Assembly: GCA_044892505.1 (NCBI GenBank)
Contig: CM097882.1
Span: 67,704,001 to 67,768,000 of the forward strand
Direction of reading: 5' to 3'
Source of the DNA: Schmidtea nova
Lineage: Eukaryota
DNA length: 64,000 bases
Below the pieces are notes generated by a model. The model saw only the letters and a program-made list of their open reading frames with translations. It was not told where the DNA came from and searched no databases. Shown here piece after piece: positions 1 to 12,625 of this stretch (positions are counted from its first letter, which is position 1; every line of letters begins with the position of its first letter). The translations under genes and the position numbers were made by a program.

Positions 1-1
1 T

Positions 2-229
2 TTAATCGAAAGTCGGAATGAGACAGCTCCTGCAGCAAATTCAACCACCTCATCGACAAATGCGCACCATAAACGCAAGCGCATTGGGCAGAAACGGCGG
101 AGACAGAGAAAATTATTTGCCCAGCGATTACAAAGCCAAGTAGATGGTCTACATCAGATGACCGAGGAGGCATTATTGACGGAGATTTTTCCTCCGGCGG
201 GAGTGTTTACCGAACTAATAGAAAATTAA
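2..229 (+). CDS. 3' end of an unidentified ORF running in from the window edge
   Basis: Open frame LIESRNETAPAANS...HHKRKRIGQKRRRQRKLFAQRLQ...FTELIEN* to TAA at 227-229. GC-richer than its flanks, with a basic NLS-like stretch. No family recognised. Confidence 0.35.
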   Translation, partial: LIESRNETAPAANSTTSSTNAHHKRKRIGQKRRRQRKLFAQRLQSQVDGLHQMTEEALLTEIFPPAGVFTELIEN

Positions 230-839
230 ATAAATTGTTGTATTGGCTTAAGAATTTTATCGTTCATTTAAATTGATTTAATTAATGATTAGATAAAGAT
301 AGAACAAAAGTATAAATTCATTTTACAAAATATCGAATAGAGATAATTAAACAATTAAGCGAGCATTCATTGAAATACTTCTCGCAGACTGGGCAATGAT
401 AAAAATAAAATTTCTGAAAGATTAACACGGAATACATAAGTAGATGATTAAAGCATAAGTCCTTCTAACGGCAGCGATGAACCCGTGAACATAAATGGGG
501 AGTAGTACTAGCGATAGTGCTCACCTGCCCATCATTGTTCAACCACCCTGCGCATCACCAACTTGATTATATAGGGAAATAATCAAGGGCGCTTGAGTGT
601 AGAATTGCAATTTTATGCATGATCATGGATGGGGGATCCCTAGTCATTGTTAGAGCATTTTTCATCTAACCCCTCCATGAACCCAGCACTTATAATAATA
701 ATATTATTATTAATAACAATATCATAATTATCTTTTTTCACCTTTGATCTTTTTTTATTATTATTATCAATAATTCTCATAATGACTATAGATCAAAATT
801 TTTTTTTATAAACAATGACACAATATTTCGGCACAGCCT

Positions 840-895
<56 letters not shown>

Positions 896-2075
896 CATTT
901 AAAAACATTCAAGGATTCAAAATCTTTTAAACAAAGACATTGTATTGCCAAAACATCTTAACAAAGGCATTGCAATGCAGATACTAGTTAACAAAGACAT
1001 ACATACAAGTTACTAATAATAACAATAATAATAATAATGATAATAATCTCATTTTGACACTGCAATATTAACAAAGACATTGCAGTACAGATGCAAGTTA
1101 ACAAAATCATTGCAAGCCAGAATTACAATGACATACATTCAATAATAATAGTAATAATAATAATGATAATTTTAAAAAAGAAACATTCAAGGGTTCAAAA
1201 TTTTTAAAACTATATAAATATCATGCGAAAGATATTTGAGATGTGTGTGTATATATTTTCAAAACTTCAAGATGCCAAAATAAAATAATTAAACTACCTC
1301 AACGTAATATATATATATTTATTTATTTTCCTACCCATTTTGACACTGCAATTCATGTGCAATATTAACAAAGACATTGTAATACAGATGCAAGTTAACA
1401 AAGACATTGCAGTGGCAAGCCAAGTTAACGAAGACAAGATGTCAAAAAAAGACTAATAATTAATCACAAAGTGCATTCTCTTAGCCAATGATACAAATAA
1501 ATTAAATGAAAATACATATATTTTGTACGACATTATATGTATATCACATGATATTCATCAATATTAATACCACAAGATTCACACTTATCAATATCTTTTA
1601 AACATTTTGAAAAAATAATGACATGTCCACAAGGTAAATATAAAATGCCAACTCTATTGATATTACATATTGAACATGTGAGAAATCTTTGTTTGGTTTC
1701 TTCAAATTTATTGGTTACATTTACCTCTAAAATATCCACATTCAACATGAAAGTTCGAATAATAGTACGATATTTTCCTAGACGAAATTCCATATATTAT
1801 GTTATTATGTTTTATTATTAAATATATATATATATAGGAAACTATATGTCGTGTGAGTGTGTGAGAGTAGAAATGAAAGAGCCCGAGAGAGTCCTGCGGT
1901 ATTCGTGAGCAGACACTCGGGGTGTATGCTATGTGATGTAATATAACAGATACAGGATTAAATAAAAAAAACAGAACAATAAATCTCAGTTAAATTATTA
2001 GCAATAAAAGAACAACAACGTTTAAACGACACAACTAATCCGAATTACTTTGGTATTGAATTCCGCAAGTTTGTT

Positions 2076-2320
2076 CAAATTCAGGAACCTGACACAAATT
2101 CAGTTGTATTAGATTGCTTGCAGGATAATAGTATTGAATTTTGATCAAATTCAGGAACCTGACACAAATTCAGTTGTATTAGATTGCTTGCAGGATAATA
2201 GTATTGAATTTAGATCAATTTCAGGAACCTGGCGCAAATTCGGTTGAATTAGATTGTTTGCAGGATAATAGTATTGAATTTAGATCAATTTCAGGAACCT
2301 TACACAAATTCGGTTGTATT
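2076..2320 (+). repeat. 70-bp tandem repeat, ~3.5 copies
   Basis: Unit CAAATTCAGGAACCTGACACAAATTCAGTTGTATTAG... starts at 2076, 2146, 2216 and 2286. Confidence 0.9.
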
Positions 2321-2729
2321 AGTCGTTATGTTCGGACAAAACGTGTTGTCTCTAAAAATTCATTTCACAATTTCTGAACTTTTCTCTAGCTATGTATAAT
2401 TTTTTCCAATAGTTTCTTTTCAATACTCTGATGTTTACTTTTTAATTGTAAATGTTCTCTTAATTTCCTTATTTGATTTGCAGTTTTTTAATATAATTAT
2501 TCTTTTAATTGATTTTTTTAATTGTCAATTTGGCTTACTATAGCTTTTGCCATAGCAAGCCAAATTTAAAAATCAAATTTAAATAATAATTATAATAATA
2601 ATAAAAATAAATATTAGCATTCACCAGATAAAAGGGGGTCCACGGTGACCGCAAAGGCATCGTCCATAACGATGACGGCGCTTACAACATCATACACGAA
2701 TAACCATATAAAAATAACCATAAAATATT

Positions 2730-3252
2730 ACATTCACATAACTTCCCCCTTTAAAACCGGAGGTTAACAAAAGAATAAAAATTAACATTTATATTTTAAC
2801 CATTTTTACAAATTACTCAAAATTTATATTTTTACTCTAGCAGTAACTTAAAACTTTTTTATTCTCTTTTGTTTTATTGTGTTTTGTTTTTTTGTTTTGT
2901 TTTGTTGTTTACCACGTTTTAACTATAACTTTTACATATTTACAGAAAAAATAAAAACTGTACATTTCGCTGTGTTGTGCTTGTGTTTTGCTCGTGTATG
3001 TTTGTGTATTTTTTATTTGAGGCATTCGCTATAGCGTTTTTTGTAAAGAGGTGTGATTATTGAGTCCTTGTCGAACAATTTTATTGAGTTTTTGTAGTTG
3101 AATGTGATGTGTTTATTTTTTGTTTGTGTTTTTGTTTCTGTCTGGGCTTTTTCTTTTGTGGGGTTGTTTGAAGTGTTTTGATTGTTGTGGTATGGTTTAA
3201 TTCTACTAAGATTGATTCTTGTTTTGATGTTGTCTTTTATTATTGCTGCCAC
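2730..3252 (-). mobile_element. Ty3/gypsy 3' fragment (integrase C-terminus plus polypurine tract)
   Basis: ORF 3013-3252 has INLSRIKPY, compared with VNLSRLKPS at the integrase end of 19632-21575. AAAGGGGGAAG lies downstream on the - strand near 2745. Confidence 0.55.
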
Positions 3253-3302
3253 ATTTTTGTGAATTTCCAGCAGTTTAAATTTACTAATATAAATTTATTT
3301 TA

Positions 3303-3359
<57 letters not shown>

Positions 3360-6300
3360 CTAATATAAATTTATTTTAAAATCATTTACTAATAAATTTG
3401 AACCCACATGACCAGAAAATGTAATTCAAATTGAATTCAGTAGAATCGATATCATTAAGAATCATAATAAAACTGTATAATTTCATCATAGATTTATCAT
3501 AGCCGAATGATTCTGTTAAACCAATAATTAATTTATTATTGAAGGATTTGAATAATTTTGAAAGAATGTCGATATCGCATTTCTCAATTGAAGTTAAAAG
3601 GTCATCAAGTATTAAAAATGATTGGATCCAATTGTCCAAAAGTAATGAAATTATCTGTAACCTAGTTTAAAATAATTAATTTAAATATATATATTTTTAA
3701 AACTAACTTTATTTGTTTCTTTATTTGTTTCTTTATTCATTTACGTCAATCAATATTATTTACAAGTTGTATTTATATTGCAAAAATCAACCAATTTAAT
3801 AACCAACCATTTTATTGACCAACCAATAATTGAATGTTTTGCTAAACTGATGCATTGAAATGATGATAAGGGACATTGAAAATTAGGTAACAGTATATTT
3901 ATTATTAGAAATATGTTCAAGAAATGAGCTTTTGCACATAAAAACCATCACAGAATAGGTTCTGCTACTATGGTTCTGATCTCATTGTTCTGCTACTAAA
4001 TGTTCTGTCAGTATGATAAATACATGAAAATTTATCACACTATTGAGATAATTACACATATTATTCTTAAATTATAGTACCAATATATCAAAAATACATG
4101 AAATATACATTACATACTTAAAATATTATCACAAAGTATCATTACATACATGAAATATCATCATACTATTGTGTAAAATACATACAAAATATCATCATAC
4201 TGCAATTACATAGAAAATCAACAAAGTTACACACAAAATATGAAAAGTACATAGAAATTCGTCACATACAAAAAACATTATATATGTGAAATATTATCAA
4301 AAATACATACAAAATACATAGAAATTTATCACATACGTACAAAGTATCACCATACTATAGTGAATAAATATACATACAAAATATCAAAAATACAACCATA
4401 CATAAAATTTCATCTTACTATAGTTTGATAACATAGAAATACTTGTAATATCCACAAAATACAGAAACTAACAAAGATATATAGAGTCATCACACATACA
4501 AAATATCACATATAAGAAATATCATTACAGATTATCACATGCATGAAATATTATTATTATTATTATATTGCAAATTACATAGAAAATATCAAAGGGACAT
4601 GAAATATCATCACAAAATTATAGGAAATTTCCACACATTAGAAATACATACAATAATAATCATAAAAAGAATATTATCACACCAGTGCAAAATTATCACA
4701 TTGCACAAAAGCTTATGATATTTATGAAATATTATTATACTTTTATGTAAAATACAAAGAAAAAATACAAACATAAACACAAAATATTATCACATTATAG
4801 TGCCTAAACATTAGAAATATTCACAAAATATATGAAATATAATCATAAAATATCAAAGATTCACAAAGAAAATACACAAAAATTATCATATTATTGTTTG
4901 ATAACATAAATATACATTGAAATACATAGAAAATTATTAAAATACATACATACATGAAATATCATTACACAAAAGGTTATAACATACATGAAATATCTAC
5001 ATACAAAATATCAAAAGTACATAGAGATAAATCCTATACGCAAAGCATATCATTACATATATGAAATATTATCAAAATATCTTTACGAAATATGAAATAT
5101 CATCATACTTTAATGCAAATACAGACAAAATATTATCATGCTATATTGCAAATACACTTAATATTAAAAAGAAATATTATACATACACAAAGGATATCAT
5201 ACGTGAAAATCTGTCATGTTATAGTCAGTCAAATGCATGAATTATTATCATATTAGTGTAAAATACATATATAATATCAAAAAAAATATCATACATACAA
5301 AGGATATCATCACAAAGTATCATTACATACATGAAATATCATCATACTATAGTGCAATTACATATATAATCATCAAACATATACAGAAATTAATCAAATT
5401 CACAACAATATTCATTAAAGAAATATCTACATACTTGTGCAATTACATAATAAATATACAAAAATATCAAAAGTATATGAAATATCATCACAAATATCAA
5501 CACATATGAAATATTATCATACAAACACAAAAGATATAATATCATACTTAGAAAATCAATACATACAAAATATCAAAAGTTCATCACACATACAAAATAT
5601 AATTACATATATCATCATACTATAATTTAACAGTAATAAATGTTTAACTAATGAGCTTTTGCACATAAAAACCATCACAAAAGATGTTCTGATACCAATG
5701 TTCTGGTCGTAATGTTCTGCTACCAATGTTCTGGTCGTAATGTTCTGCTACTAAATGTTCTGATACTGAATAAAATTGATGAAAATGTAACAATGTATTA
5801 TGAATGAAAATATATCTTACAAACATTACAGTAAATTCTACTTTAAAATGAGGTCGAATGTTTGAAATGTCATCATACTATAATGTAAATACATGAAAAT
5901 ACTCACAAAGTAACATTAGATACATCAAATATTATCTTACTAAAGTTTGATAACATAGAAAAAATATATAGAAATCATCAAATTATACATACAAAATATT
6001 AAAAATAGATCATATTAAATGTCATCATAAAATATATAGATATTCATGTACAAAATATTAAAAATACAAACATACACAAAACATTATCACATTATAGTGC
6101 AAAAACATAAGAAATACATATCAAATATATATATGAAATGTCATCACAAAGTATCATTAAATACATTAAATATCATCCTTCTATAGTGTAATTACAAGAA
6201 AATGACCACAATATATCGCAAATACAATGAAATTCATCAAAAATACATTGAAATTCATCAAACATACATAGCAATTCATAAAACAAGAAATATTTACATA

Positions 6301-7410
6301 AAAATTGTCATTAAAGTGTATCAGTAAATGTAATATGCTTTCACAATTTGTCTGTTACATTGATCGAAGCTCATATGCTAATGATTGTTATTTTAGTATG
6401 TGTGAATAATGAGCTTTTGCACATAAAAACCATCACAAAAGATGTTCTGTTACTAAAGGTTCTATTCGAAATGTTCTGCTAGTGGATAAATTTAATGAAA
6501 ATTATACGAGTGACAATAAATTGTTAGAGTAAATTCTACATTAAAATGAGGAAAGCCAATAGATATTTAAAAAAAACAATAGAGAAAATATTAACTGGTG
6601 AAAATATTAGAACAAATGATGCTGAATGAATTGCAATAAATGTTCGAGTAATAAGCTTTGACAGATAAAATCCATCACAGAATAGGTTCTGCTACTAAAT
6701 GTTCTGTTCGCAATGTTCTGCTAGCATGAAATTAATATAATAAAATGATAGTCTGTGACAAAAAATGTGAAATAATTATTGGAAATATATAGTCCGTAAC
6801 AAAGATGTGAAATAATTATGAATAATACGCGCGCGGGTTAAATAAAATGAGACATCACAAAAACATCAAGAATTTAAACATTATTGTAAAAAACAAAATG
6901 GGTTATCAAAATTCATGTTCTAAATAAAACTTTAAAATTTAAAATGCCACAACGTAAAATATTTATAAAGTACCACAACGTAATAAAAGTTGGTATATAT
7001 CTATTACAATTTTATAAGTAATTCATTTGAGATATAAATATTAATTTAGGGTATATTGTCAGATGTTAAAAAAACTTCAACATTAAAAACAAAGTATCAA
7101 GCAAGATATCCTAAGAAACATATCCATCATTACATATATATTCAAATTTCTGAATATTTAATAATTTCATCGAAAGATCAAAAACATGGTCTGAAATATT
7201 TTATGATTTAAATTATTTCACCTCTTCACCTCTTCATATCTTTAAATAGTCATAAATGTCATCAATAGCTTTACTATAAATTATGTATCTATACATTCAA
7301 AAAGGTTATGTACTTTACATGTTTATTATTTAATATAACAAATATACTAATAAAATTTTAACTCGGATGATGTATAACAAAACAAAACAAATCTATTAAA
7401 ATATTTTATT

Positions 7411-7686
7411 TCATTGAACATCTTTCGATTCTCGGATTTCATTCATTAATCTTTCATTTTCAATTTTCAACTTGATTATTTCTATATTCCTTTTGCGAAG
7501 CTTGATTAATAGCCTTTCTTTTGAGTCCAAATATGAATAGATTATGTTCTGTATTTCTTCGATTGGACTCTTGATTTCTTTATTTCTTTCTAATAAATGT
7601 AATAATAATAACTTTATAAAAAATAAATATAATTTTACTTGAACGTTTTCTTGAAAGTTTAGGACTTTCAAATATCGAACTTCCAT
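7411..7686 (-). CDS. Small hypothetical ORF in the palindrome spacer (F-box-like motif plus coiled coil)
   Basis: PIEEIQNIIYSYLDSKE resembles the F-box LP.EI...IFSYL pattern, followed by a K/E/L-rich heptad-like tail. Confidence 0.3.
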   Translation of the reverse strand: MEVRYLKVLNFQENVQVKLYLFFIKLLLLHLLERNKEIKSPIEEIQNIIYSYLDSKERLLIKLRKRNIEIIKLKIENERLMNEIRESKDVQ

Positions 7687-8741
7687 TTATTGATATTGTT
7701 TCCTTAACTTCATTATCATTATTGGTATTTTGTTGACAATTCATAGTTTAAATGAATTACTTATAAAATTGTAATAGATATATACCAACTTTTATTACGT
7801 TGTGGTACTTTATAAATATTTTACGTTGTGGCATTTTAAATTTTAAAGTTTTATTTAGAACATGAATTTTGATAACCCATTTTGTTTTTTACAATAATGT
7901 TTAAATTCTTGATGTTTTTGTGATGTCTCATTTTATTTAATCCGCGCGCGTATTATTCATAATTATTTCACATCTTTGTTACAGACTATATATTTTCAAT
8001 AATTATTTCACATTTTTGTCAAAGACTATCATTTTATTATATTATTTTTCATGCTAGCAGAACATTGCGAACAGAACATTTAGTAGCAGAACACATATAA
8101 TCATGTTTTTTGTATGTGACGAATTTCTATGTACTTTTCATATTTTGTGTGTAACTTTGTTGATTTTCTATGTAATTGCAGTATGATGATATTTTGCATG
8201 TATTTTATACAATAGTATGATGATATTTCATGTATGTAATGATACTTTGTGATAATATTTCAAATATGTAATGTATATTTCATGTATTTTTGATATATTG
8301 GTACTATAATTTAAGAATAATATGTGTAATTATCTCAATAGTGTGATAAATTTTCATGTATTTATCATAGTGACAGAACATTTAGTAGCAGAACATTGCG
8401 ATCATAACCATAGTAACAGAACCTATTCTGTGATGGTTTTTATGTGCAAAAGCTCATTTCTTGAACATATTTCTAATAATAAATATACTGTTACCTAATT
8501 TTCAATGTCCCTTATCATCATTTCAATGCATCAGTTTAGCAAAACATTCAATTATTGGTTGGTCAATAAAATGGTTGGTTATTAAATTGGTTGATTTTTG
8601 CAATATAAATACAACTTGTAAATAATATTGATTGACGTAAATGAATAAAGAAACAAATAAAGAAACAAATAAAGTTAGTTTTAAAAATATATATATTTAA
8701 ATTAATTATTTTAAACTAGGTTACAGATAATTTCATTACTT

Positions 8742-9305
8742 TTGGACAATTGGATCCAATCATTTTTAATACTTGATGACCTTTTAACTTCAATTGAGAA
8801 ATGCGATATCGACATTCTTTCAAAATTATTCAAATCCTTCAATAATAAATTAATTATTGGTTTAACAGAATCATTCGGCTATGATAAATCTATGATGAAA
8901 TTATCCAGTTTTATTATGATTCTTAATGATATCGATTCTACTGAATTACATTTGAATTACATTTTCTGGTCATGTATGGAATTTCGTCTTGGAAAATATC
9001 GTACTATTATTCGAACTTTCATGTTGAATGTGGATATTTTAGAGGTAAATGTAACCAATAAATTTGAAGAAACCAAACAAAGATTTCTCACATGTTCAAT
9101 ATGTAATATCAATAGAGTTGGCATTTTATATTTACCTTGTGGACATGTCATTATTTGTTCAAAATGTTTAAAAGATATTGATAAGTGTGAATCTTGTGGT
9201 ATTAATATTGATGAATATCATGTGATATACATATATTGTCGTACAAAATATATGTATTTTCATTTAATTTATTTTTATCATTGGCTAAGAGAATGCACTT
9301 TGTGA
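8742..9305 (+). CDS. RING-finger protein with IAP/MDM2-type C3HC4 RING and no BIR domain
   Basis: CSICNINRVGILYLPCGHVIICSKCLKDIDKCESC matches the IAP-type RING pattern. The TTG start is uncertain and a splice acceptor may lie upstream. Confidence 0.7.
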   Translation: MDNWIQSFLILDDLLTSIEKCDIDILSKLFKSFNNKLIIGLTESFGYDKSMMKLSSFIMILNDIDSTELHLNYIFWSCMEFRLGKYRTIIRTFMLNVDILEVNVTNKFEETKQRFLTCSICNINRVGILYLPCGHVIICSKCLKDIDKCESCGINIDEYHVIYIYCRTKYMYFHLIYFYHWLRECTL

Positions 9306-10110
9306 TTAATTATTAGTCTTTTTTTCGACATCTTGTCTTTGTTCACTTGGCTTGCCACTGCAATGTCTTTGTTAACTTGCATCTGTATTACAATGTCTTT
9401 GTTAATATTGCACATGAATTGCAGTGTCAAAATGAGTAGGAAAATAAATAAATAAATAAATATATATATATATATATTACGTTGAGGTAGTTTAATTATT
9501 TTATTTTGACATCTTGAAGGTTTGAAAATATACATACACACATCTCAAATATCTTTCGCATGATATTTATATAGTTTTAAAAATTTTGAACCCTTGAATG
9601 TTTCTTTTTTAAAATTATCATTATTATTATTACTATTATTATTGAATGTATGTCATTGTAATTCTGGCTTGCAATGATTTTGTTAACTTGCATCTGTACT
9701 GCAATGTCTTTGTTAATATTGCAGTGTCAAAATGAGATTATTATTATTATTATTATTATCATTATTATTATTATTATTGTTATTATTAGTAACTTGTATG
9801 TATGTCTTTGTTAACTAGTATCTGCATTGCAATGCCTTTGTTAAGATGTTTTGGCAATACAATGTCTTTGTTTAAAAGATTTTGAATCNNNNNNNNNNNN
9901 NNNNNNNNNNNNNNNNNNNNNNNNNNNNNNNNNNNNNNNNNNNNNNNNNNNNNNNNNNNNNNNNNNNNNNNNNNNNNNNNNNNNNNNNNNNNNNNNNNNN
10001 NNNNNNNNNNNNNNNNNNNNNNNNNNNNNNNNNNNNNNNNNNNNNNNNNNNNNNNNNNNNNNNNNNNNNNNNNNNNNNNNNNNNNNNNNNNNNNNNATTT
10101 GTTAACTAGT

Positions 10111-11400
10111 GGTTGATTTCGGTCGGGTTCTTCTGATTTTCTCGACGGAATCATTGTCATTCTCATTCAGCAATCCATTAACTGCTTTCCCCCGATTATC
10201 ACTGCTCCGCTTCCTGATTCTGTCAGTGCCATCATCGTTATCATCATTCGTGTGCACCAACGAGGACGCAGATGAAGTCCGATGGGAATCGCCACCAATG
10301 TCTTCCATCAAATGAAAAGCCAAACAAGCAACCAATAGGCCTCCAAACGTTTCATTTATTTGCCAATAAGTGAGCAACTCGATCATATATATACTTTATA
10401 CTTTAAATCAAAAAAATTAAAAACCCATAATTTCCTCATTTTCCAAAAGACCACTCTAATTTACAAAAAAATCTTTACACAAAAACTTAAATTTTTTCCT
10501 TTTTCATAAAATTTATCTAATTTACAAAAATCCCAATTTAAAATTCAAAATTACAAAATAATTACCAAATTTTAGAAATTATAACTTAAACACAAATTAA
10601 GTTCAAATTGAATTGTCACTAAAAAAATAGAAATTGTGCTCAATAGTCCTAACGACATCGTGAGAGTTAGCATTTTCATCGTTTTCATTTGTCGGTTTGT
10701 ATGTATGATTCGTCTGGCTGGGACAATTCCCCACTGGCGGCTAACTTCTGTTGAGATACCAGCGTTATTTTAGCTTTAGCATTGCAATTCCATGAAGTGG
10801 ATTCGCATTCTACATTGCATTGCAGGAAAATGCCCATTGATCGCTGGCTTTTATCCAAATTTGTAGAATTGTTTGGAACTCGAAACATTACTAAAGTCTT
10901 CCATGGCAAGCATCGAACTGTTATCGTATCACTTAGAAGCTATTTCTCTCTGCCGGGCTCGAAATTGGTCTAGCCTCATCATCATCGGCATATAAATCAC
11001 CGGTGTCATCTACCATTTATTTATTTATACCTTCTGCAGTAGACGTTTAGGTATTAGAAAATTAATCGTAATTTTGTAAACCCGAAAACACTACACCACA
11101 TCCGTTGGTGTTGTTTTGATTCAAAATAGTTAAAGGTGAATCTATTTTATTATTATGCGAAGAGAAATTTGTCATTTCCGGAAGAGTTGAATCAATATCC
11201 ATTGGTTCGTTGGAATTTATGTCATTGGATATTGTGCTTTCTCATTGATCATGTTCATATAAGATTTATATAGATTTCGATAAGTCCGTTTACCGGCTTC
11301 AAGGCTCGCCCCACAATCTCTCACAGCGATCAAGCACCCAATATATTATTTTAATTATTATTTAATTAATTTTAAAATTATTTTAAAAGCGGGCGCGACC
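10111..11400 (-). mobile_element. Truncated copy of the pogo-type cargo element (copy A)
   Basis: Blocks 10111-10315, 10375-10640 and 11260-11400 match 23207-23405, 23908-24110 and 24410-24560. Flanked by AACTAGT direct repeats within palindrome-arm modules. Confidence 0.75.
10748..11016 (-). pseudogene. USP7: Captured fragment of the USP7/HAUSP N-terminal MATH (TRAF) domain
   Basis: MVDDTGDLYADDDEARP, then after a frameshift and stop VRCLPWKTLVM...SMGIFLQCNVECESTSWNCNAKAKITLV. Compare USP7 VRNLPWKIMVM...[25 protein letters not shown]. Confidence 0.85.
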
Positions 11401-12625
11401 AACTAGTATCTGCATTGCAATGTCTTTGTTAACTTGCATATGTATTGCAATGTCTTTGTTAACTTGCATATATATTGCAATATCTTTGTTAGCATGTTGC
11501 TTACACTGCACGAGTATTGCAATGTCTTTGTTAAGGATCTTGGCAATGAAATGTCTTTGTTTTATCAATTGATGCTGAATAAAGTTGAATTGTAATTAAT
11601 TTTCGAGTAATAAACTTTGGCAGATAAAAACCATCACAAAAGATGTACTGATAGTAAATGTTCTGCTAGTAAATGGTCTGTTCGTAAGGGTTTACGCAAG
11701 GAAATGTCTTTGTTAAGTAATTTGGCAATGAAATGTCTCTGTTAAGTAATTTGGCATTGAATTGTCTTTGTTTAAATATTTAACCAATGAAATATTTTTT
11801 TGTCTTGGTTATTTTATAAAATTTTTTATATGTTATTATTTATTGTAATTTAAGTTTAATATTATTATTTTTTTTTAAGTTTAAAAGTTTTTTAAAAATT
11901 TATTATTATTATTATTATTATTATCATAATTATCTTTTTTCACCTTTGATCTTTTTTTATTATTATTATCAATAATTCTCATAATGACTATAGATCAAAA
12001 TTTTTTTTTATAAACAATTGTTTATAAAAAAAAAATTTGATCTATAGTCANNNNNNNNNNNNNNNNNNNNNNNNNNNNNNNNNNNNNNNNNNNNNNNNNN
12101 NNNNNNNNNNNNNNNNNNNNNNNNNNNNNNNNNNNNNNNNNNNNNNNNNNNNNNNNNNNNNNNNNNNNNNNNNNNNNNNNNNNNNNNNNNNNNNNNNNNN
12201 NNNNNNNNNNNNNNNNNNNNNNNNNNNNNNNNNNNNNNNNNNNNNNNNNNNNNNNNNNNNNNNNNNNNNNNNNNNNNNNNNNNNNNNNNNNNNNNNNNNN
12301 NNNNNNNNNNNNNNNNNNNNNNNNNNNACTATAGATCAAAATTTTTTTTTATAAACAATAACACAATATTTCGGCACAGCNNNNNNNNNNNNNNNNNNNN
12401 NNNNNNNNNNNNNNNNNNNNNNNNNNNNNNNNNNNNNNNNNNNNNNNNNNNNNNNNNNNNNNNNNNNNNNNNNNNNNNNNNNNNNNNNNNNNNNNNNNNN
12501 NNNNNNNNNNNNNNNNNNNNNNNNNNNNNNNNNNNNNNNNNNNNNNNNNNNNNNNNNNNNNNNNNNNNNNNNNNNNNNNNNNNNNNNNNNNNNNNNNNNN
12601 NNNNNNNNNNNNNNNNNNNNNNNNN

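Larger units (their letters stand above)
1794..3405. mobile_element. Composite insertion of retroelement debris in the left palindrome arm
   Basis: Absent from the right arm. Contains an LTR-like segment (~1800-2033), a 70-bp tandem repeat, an integrase tail with PPT, and a (TA)n tract. No clear TSD. Confidence 0.65.
1533..3639 (-). pseudogene. Disrupted inverted copy of the RING ORF
   Basis: ORFs 3382-3639 and 1533-1793 are the N- and C-halves of ORF 8742-9305. They are split at WSC|MEF by a 1.6-kb insert, and one RING ligand is changed (CSKC to FSKC). Confidence 0.85.
914..9888. repeat. Large interrupted palindrome (foldback-like) with a 721-bp spacer
   Basis: 914-1793 is the reverse complement of 8976-9888, 3406-4287 of 8093-8975, and 6686-7028 of 7750-8092. 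Spacer 7029-7749. Arms contain ~30-bp AACAAAGACATTGC modules. The right arm ends at an N gap. Confidence 0.9.

Noticed and set aside
2076-2320. CRISPR-like reading of the 70-bp (and 36-bp) repeats
   Set aside because: No unique spacers, no cas genes, eukaryotic context.
5237-5826. I/Y/H/K-rich ORFs
   Set aside because: Low-complexity AT-rich modules with no domain signal.
11386-11407. Helitron 3' end (GC-rich then CTAG)
   Set aside because: No hairpin, and the homologous copy lies inside pogo TIRs and continues differently.
11985-12050. Perfect hairpin ending at a gap
   Set aside because: An exact fold-back at a contig end, with the same motif repeated across the next gap, is most simply an assembly or amplification artefact.
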